DNA from: Candidatus Pyrohabitans jungbluthii
Lineage (GTDB): Archaea; Hydrothermarchaeota; Hydrothermarchaeia; Hydrothermarchaeales; BMS3B
Length of the DNA: 64,000 nt
Direction of reading: 5' to 3'
NCBI GenBank assembly: GCA_002010065.2
Contig: MTMD02000002.1
Location: forward strand, 480,001-544,000
The first letter of the stretch is position 1, and each line of letters starts with the position of its first letter. Both the position numbers and the translations under genes were made by a program. Positions 62,701-64,000 of the stretch are shown here, one piece after another. Below the pieces are notes generated by a model that worked only from the letters and a program-made list of their open reading frames with translations, did no database searches and was not told the origin of the DNA.

Positions 62701-64000
62701 ATAACTGCTGTTGGTTATGCCAGCACCGACGTACTCAGCTGCCTTGCATGCCACCAGAATGCCACTGATGCCAGCCTGAGGGACTTCATGCTCATCCCTG
62801 CCAACGATCCAAATGAGGGTAGCTCCGTCTCAGATGTTGATGGAGATGGGATTAAGGGTGGCAACATAAGCTTCTACCACTATGGTAAGGATAACAGCTG
62901 GTTGAGAACAGGGCCTGGTGGCAGCACTTCCTGTCAGTTCTGCCATCAGAACAACAGCATCTTCACTGCAGTAATGAGCGATTCCACTCACAACAGCATG
63001 CAGAACCACACTGACAATGCTGTTGTAGACTGTACTGACTGTCATGGTACTGGCTGGATACACAATGCATCGCTCACCAAGCCTGTGCTTACTGCGAGTG
63101 ATGACAGCGTATGTACAAGCTGTCATACAACCAAGAGCCGGCACAACAGCGCTGGCAACCGCGCCAATGCTGAGGAGGTAAAGTGTATTGCCTGCCACAC
63201 TGGTGATGTAAACACCTACCAGCCTAGAGACATCCACGGCATAAAGATTATTAACTCCTCGGGTGGTTATGAACAGTGGGGCACCTCTTCTCCAGCGACC
63301 TGTGTCACCTGCCACCAGAGCAACCTTGGTGGCAAATTTGCGAACGCTTCGCAGGTACCTTCACCGCTCAATCACAGCCAGGATCCCATTGCTGGGCAGA
63401 AGTGGAACAAGACTTCGCAGGCTTACTGGACTCCTGGCGATGATCAGGAGGCGTGCAACTACTGCCATGGCGATTCCAGGCACGAGGCTAATGCACTGGG
63501 CAATGCCTCAGCTATAGAGGATTCGCTGAGCAGGAACGCCACTGACCTCAGCACCACCAGCTGGTGTGCTGGTTGCCACTACTCGGAGGCGAGCAACTAC
63601 AACGGCACTGCCTTCTCGCCTCAGCCGCCCGAGATAATCACCTGGGGTGGCACAGCCAATGATGGTACCACCTTCAAGAATCACAGTGAATTTGGCATTT
63701 CGCCGTCATCATATACTGACGATAAGTGCACCTCTTGCCACAGTGGTAGCACTTCTTCGACTGCGCTGTATCCGCACAACGTTTACGAGGGCGTCGCAGG
63801 CGGTCCCGAATGTACCACCTGTCACTATATAGGCAGCGCCAATCCCAACATCAACGTCACCGCCTTCTCTCTGGGTGTGCACGGCAAGATAGTTACCAAC
63901 TCCAGCACCTTCTCCACCTATGGCTACAACCAGAGCTGCTGGGCGTGCCATGCCACAGATGGTAGTGTAACTCCCAGTGGTCATCCTGATAGGCAGAAGA
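56716..64000 (+). CDS. Giant secreted multiheme cytochrome c (partial, >2,428 aa, continues past the window end); not in ORF track
   Basis: Uninterrupted frame from ATG 56716; signal peptide MRRGLVLVFTLAVLFSVSPVHA; 48 CxxCH plus CX4CH x2, CX9CH and CxxCK by manual translation. Confidence 0.93.
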   Translation, partial: MRRGLVLVFTLAVLFSVSPVHAKVTNWNVNIEFRDTANNIITSIQPGQTFYVNISVTASSDTGETYPMAKLSIPPGFTIIPKKINDGTYDIEEHSVHFYSLEADGDWYVTGSSLADGTNWNTGWVVKADDYLIPGKNYTFFIAMYDEDTTGGTKTSYYENFPAYYQGWGNKFYKDIYVQPTISTLTVSVNSTTYDIGGGVTVEGFKIGDTVLISGTTEPNANVNITIWKPQYTIGAKITTTADGSGNFQATYTLTENWDRRGIYTVEVIAYKAPNLIARTKINFYVGDNIAQNDKAFRSKRVSPPDISYSCGDCHTAVFFNYSVMSQADQINPGSEGTPDPHKEHPYRSPPTENCDWIHWIHDPLPEFNESRLASGVLLKQDRVTAGRSYTQPGEITHLAEWERDDDIPPPYAITEFYAEPLNYPDSAGEWTACSMCHLNVRGYSYVRTDNTLTCTPKGNNRPGCHVVEREGTHKYTPSCQNCHVPSGKSLKDVELPNCLKCHAIKNYWEYGVGTSHATDSSGSDITDAVMADDENVFRLDTSGQYVEANISAPFREKALQVIKIGVNWNGTTSGGAGNQQIELQYLDVNGIWQSAGLSPARTTPFEATDYFIIKNTSDPSLTNPAGLNEHGEIVVRVVYPTDGNSKEFADIDYIFMDILADDSIALEGAHEGVECLNCHGHSHNATRQIYCTSCKGQKLAPEGEHVWQKKNATGGDIIEGVNTSLWCTECHGGYGHTSITNTPSCAKCHNPSVANKSWKRYSYTEIPPWGLDNIHGRANLFCEDCHIDNHNVTLPSCNAEGCHIANISDTVPSSGYYATWDDSTKTHDPSHSSGTNYTIEMHAYNASGWYGKSDKKWGATCDECHNNHTSEVYLKLENKWINASTDSMVHSTNRSIAEMVPYNESYASYDAKWCVDCHQDRGSHYGWSCLDCHYRDDGDDTFKEPAFHSAKIAKSGGGGPNCIGCHDIGGSATHIINVTALNLSVHGGIVTNSSTYSTYGLNQSCYACHTSDGQAPDDMGDRYNNPWTCVDCHTSGGAKAGAYGAPIVSEHYRSGDNITAVGYASTDVLSCLACHQNATDASLRDFMLIPANDPNEGSSVSDVDGDGIKGGNISFYHYGKDNSWLRTGPGGSTSCQFCHQNNSIFTAVMSDSTHNSMQNHTDNAVVDCTDCHGTGWIHNASLTKPVLTASDDSVCTSCHTTKSRHNSAGNRANAEEVKCIACHTGDVNTYQPRDIHGIKIINSSGGYEQWGTSSPATCVTCHQSNLGGKFANASQVPSPLNHSQDPIAGQKWNKTSQAYWTPGDDQEACNYCHGDSRHEANALGNASAIEDSLSRNATDLSTTSWCAGCHYSEASNYNGTAFSPQPPEIITWGGTANDGTSFQNHSGYLSSGYDDSVCTSCHSGSTSSTALYPHNVYEGVAGGPNCISCHDIGQSGAPKHINFTAVNSSENIHFNLNNATPVSYDPVNRICLGCHSSDGSEPASGHPTGYKSPYTCVDCHVNSPPAHASNAPQVREHYRNGSEVKAVTDAASDVLSCIACHQNSTTANTMLIPANDPDYGSFDADGDGVSGGNISASHYGKKRTDIVSGGVTSCAYCHQNAGSEFAGVFNKSGNADMLNHTDNTVVDCTDSNCHSSGRIHDSALTKPPTMYNNTYCTTCHTGKELHGSNTITGISPQGSGVNCYDCHADENKEVAPIHGISYINTTGGFTVWDNSSAATCKTCHQSSVADAAIGATAPKIRSPLHHSDDPIAGWKWNASGYWNDTNSVEYDDSCYFCHGSVKHSANAMGLIVTNNVTGSNSYNTSSFDTSYWCANCHYSNSADNYAGDLFTPKVVEITSWPVNSSDGQQEFVNHTSYISSGHTDSVCKGCHGGFAPETTGDFAHDVAIGAAGGPNCISCHDIGANPSVTHVINVSALQQGVHGNIDTPADDATYGLNQSCYACHTSNGQAPPEGDMGDRAFNPWTCVDCHTSGGAKAGAYGAPIVSEHYRSGDNITAVGYASTDVLSCLACHQNATDASLRDFMLIPANDPNEGSSVSDVDGDGIKGGNISFYHYGKDNSWLRTGPGGSTSCQFCHQNNSIFTAVMSDSTHNSMQNHTDNAVVDCTDCHGTGWIHNASLTKPVLTASDDSVCTSCHTTKSRHNSAGNRANAEEVKCIACHTGDVNTYQPRDIHGIKIINSSGGYEQWGTSSPATCVTCHQSNLGGKFANASQVPSPLNHSQDPIAGQKWNKTSQAYWTPGDDQEACNYCHGDSRHEANALGNASAIEDSLSRNATDLSTTSWCAGCHYSEASNYNGTAFSPQPPEIITWGGTANDGTTFKNHSEFGISPSSYTDDKCTSCHSGSTSSTALYPHNVYEGVAGGPECTTCHYIGSANPNINVTAFSLGVHGKIVTNSSTFSTYGYNQSCWACHATDGSVTPSGHPDRQK
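59590..64000 (+). repeat. Tandem 12-heme modules starting at 59590, 60982, 62392 and 63799 (last one partial)
   Basis: Each starts GGP-x-CxxCH; lengths 464, 470 and 469 aa; 59791-60854 and 62602-63665 appear identical (offset 2811). Confidence 0.9.

Noticed and set aside
56703-63984. Many short track ORFs on both strands, including duplicated pairs
   Set aside because: They are shadow frames of the giant cytochrome ORF; the duplicates only reflect its internal repeat.

Overview
Archaeal chromosomal window, most likely from a thermophilic euryarchaeote-like lineage. Evidence: split RpoB''/B' and RpoA'/A'', aEF-1a/aEF-2, SRP19, Sec61beta, intron-containing tRNAs and CGP-CTERM-like signals. A Hydrothermarchaeota-type affiliation is only a guess. 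Core content: an NAD de novo plus salvage cluster, acs, the rpoH-B-A-L30e-nusA-S12-S7-EF2-EF1a-S10 superoperon, four tRNAs and a 5S rRNA. The right half is heme- and respiration-oriented: a NorC-NorB-heme O synthase operon, HemY and HemH, and a giant secreted multiheme cytochrome c that is absent from the ORF track because it runs off the window. That ORF starts at 56716 and is >2,428 aa. By manual translation it has 48 CxxCH plus 4 non-canonical motifs, and it is built from tandem ~465-aa 12-heme modules. One putative distal ligand alternates Met/His between modules, and modules 1 and 3 share ~1.06 kb of apparently identical DNA. Other hidden signals: a palindromic element with GTTACCCG...GTGAC ends inserted in frame in a TIM-barrel gene, with short relatives near tRNA-Lys; a surface protein with an internal CGP-CTERM followed by a second signal peptide; a stand-alone CGP-CTERM micro-ORF; a nonsense-truncated toxin; and a decayed HEPN-MNT pair. 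All assignments come from motif reading without database searches.
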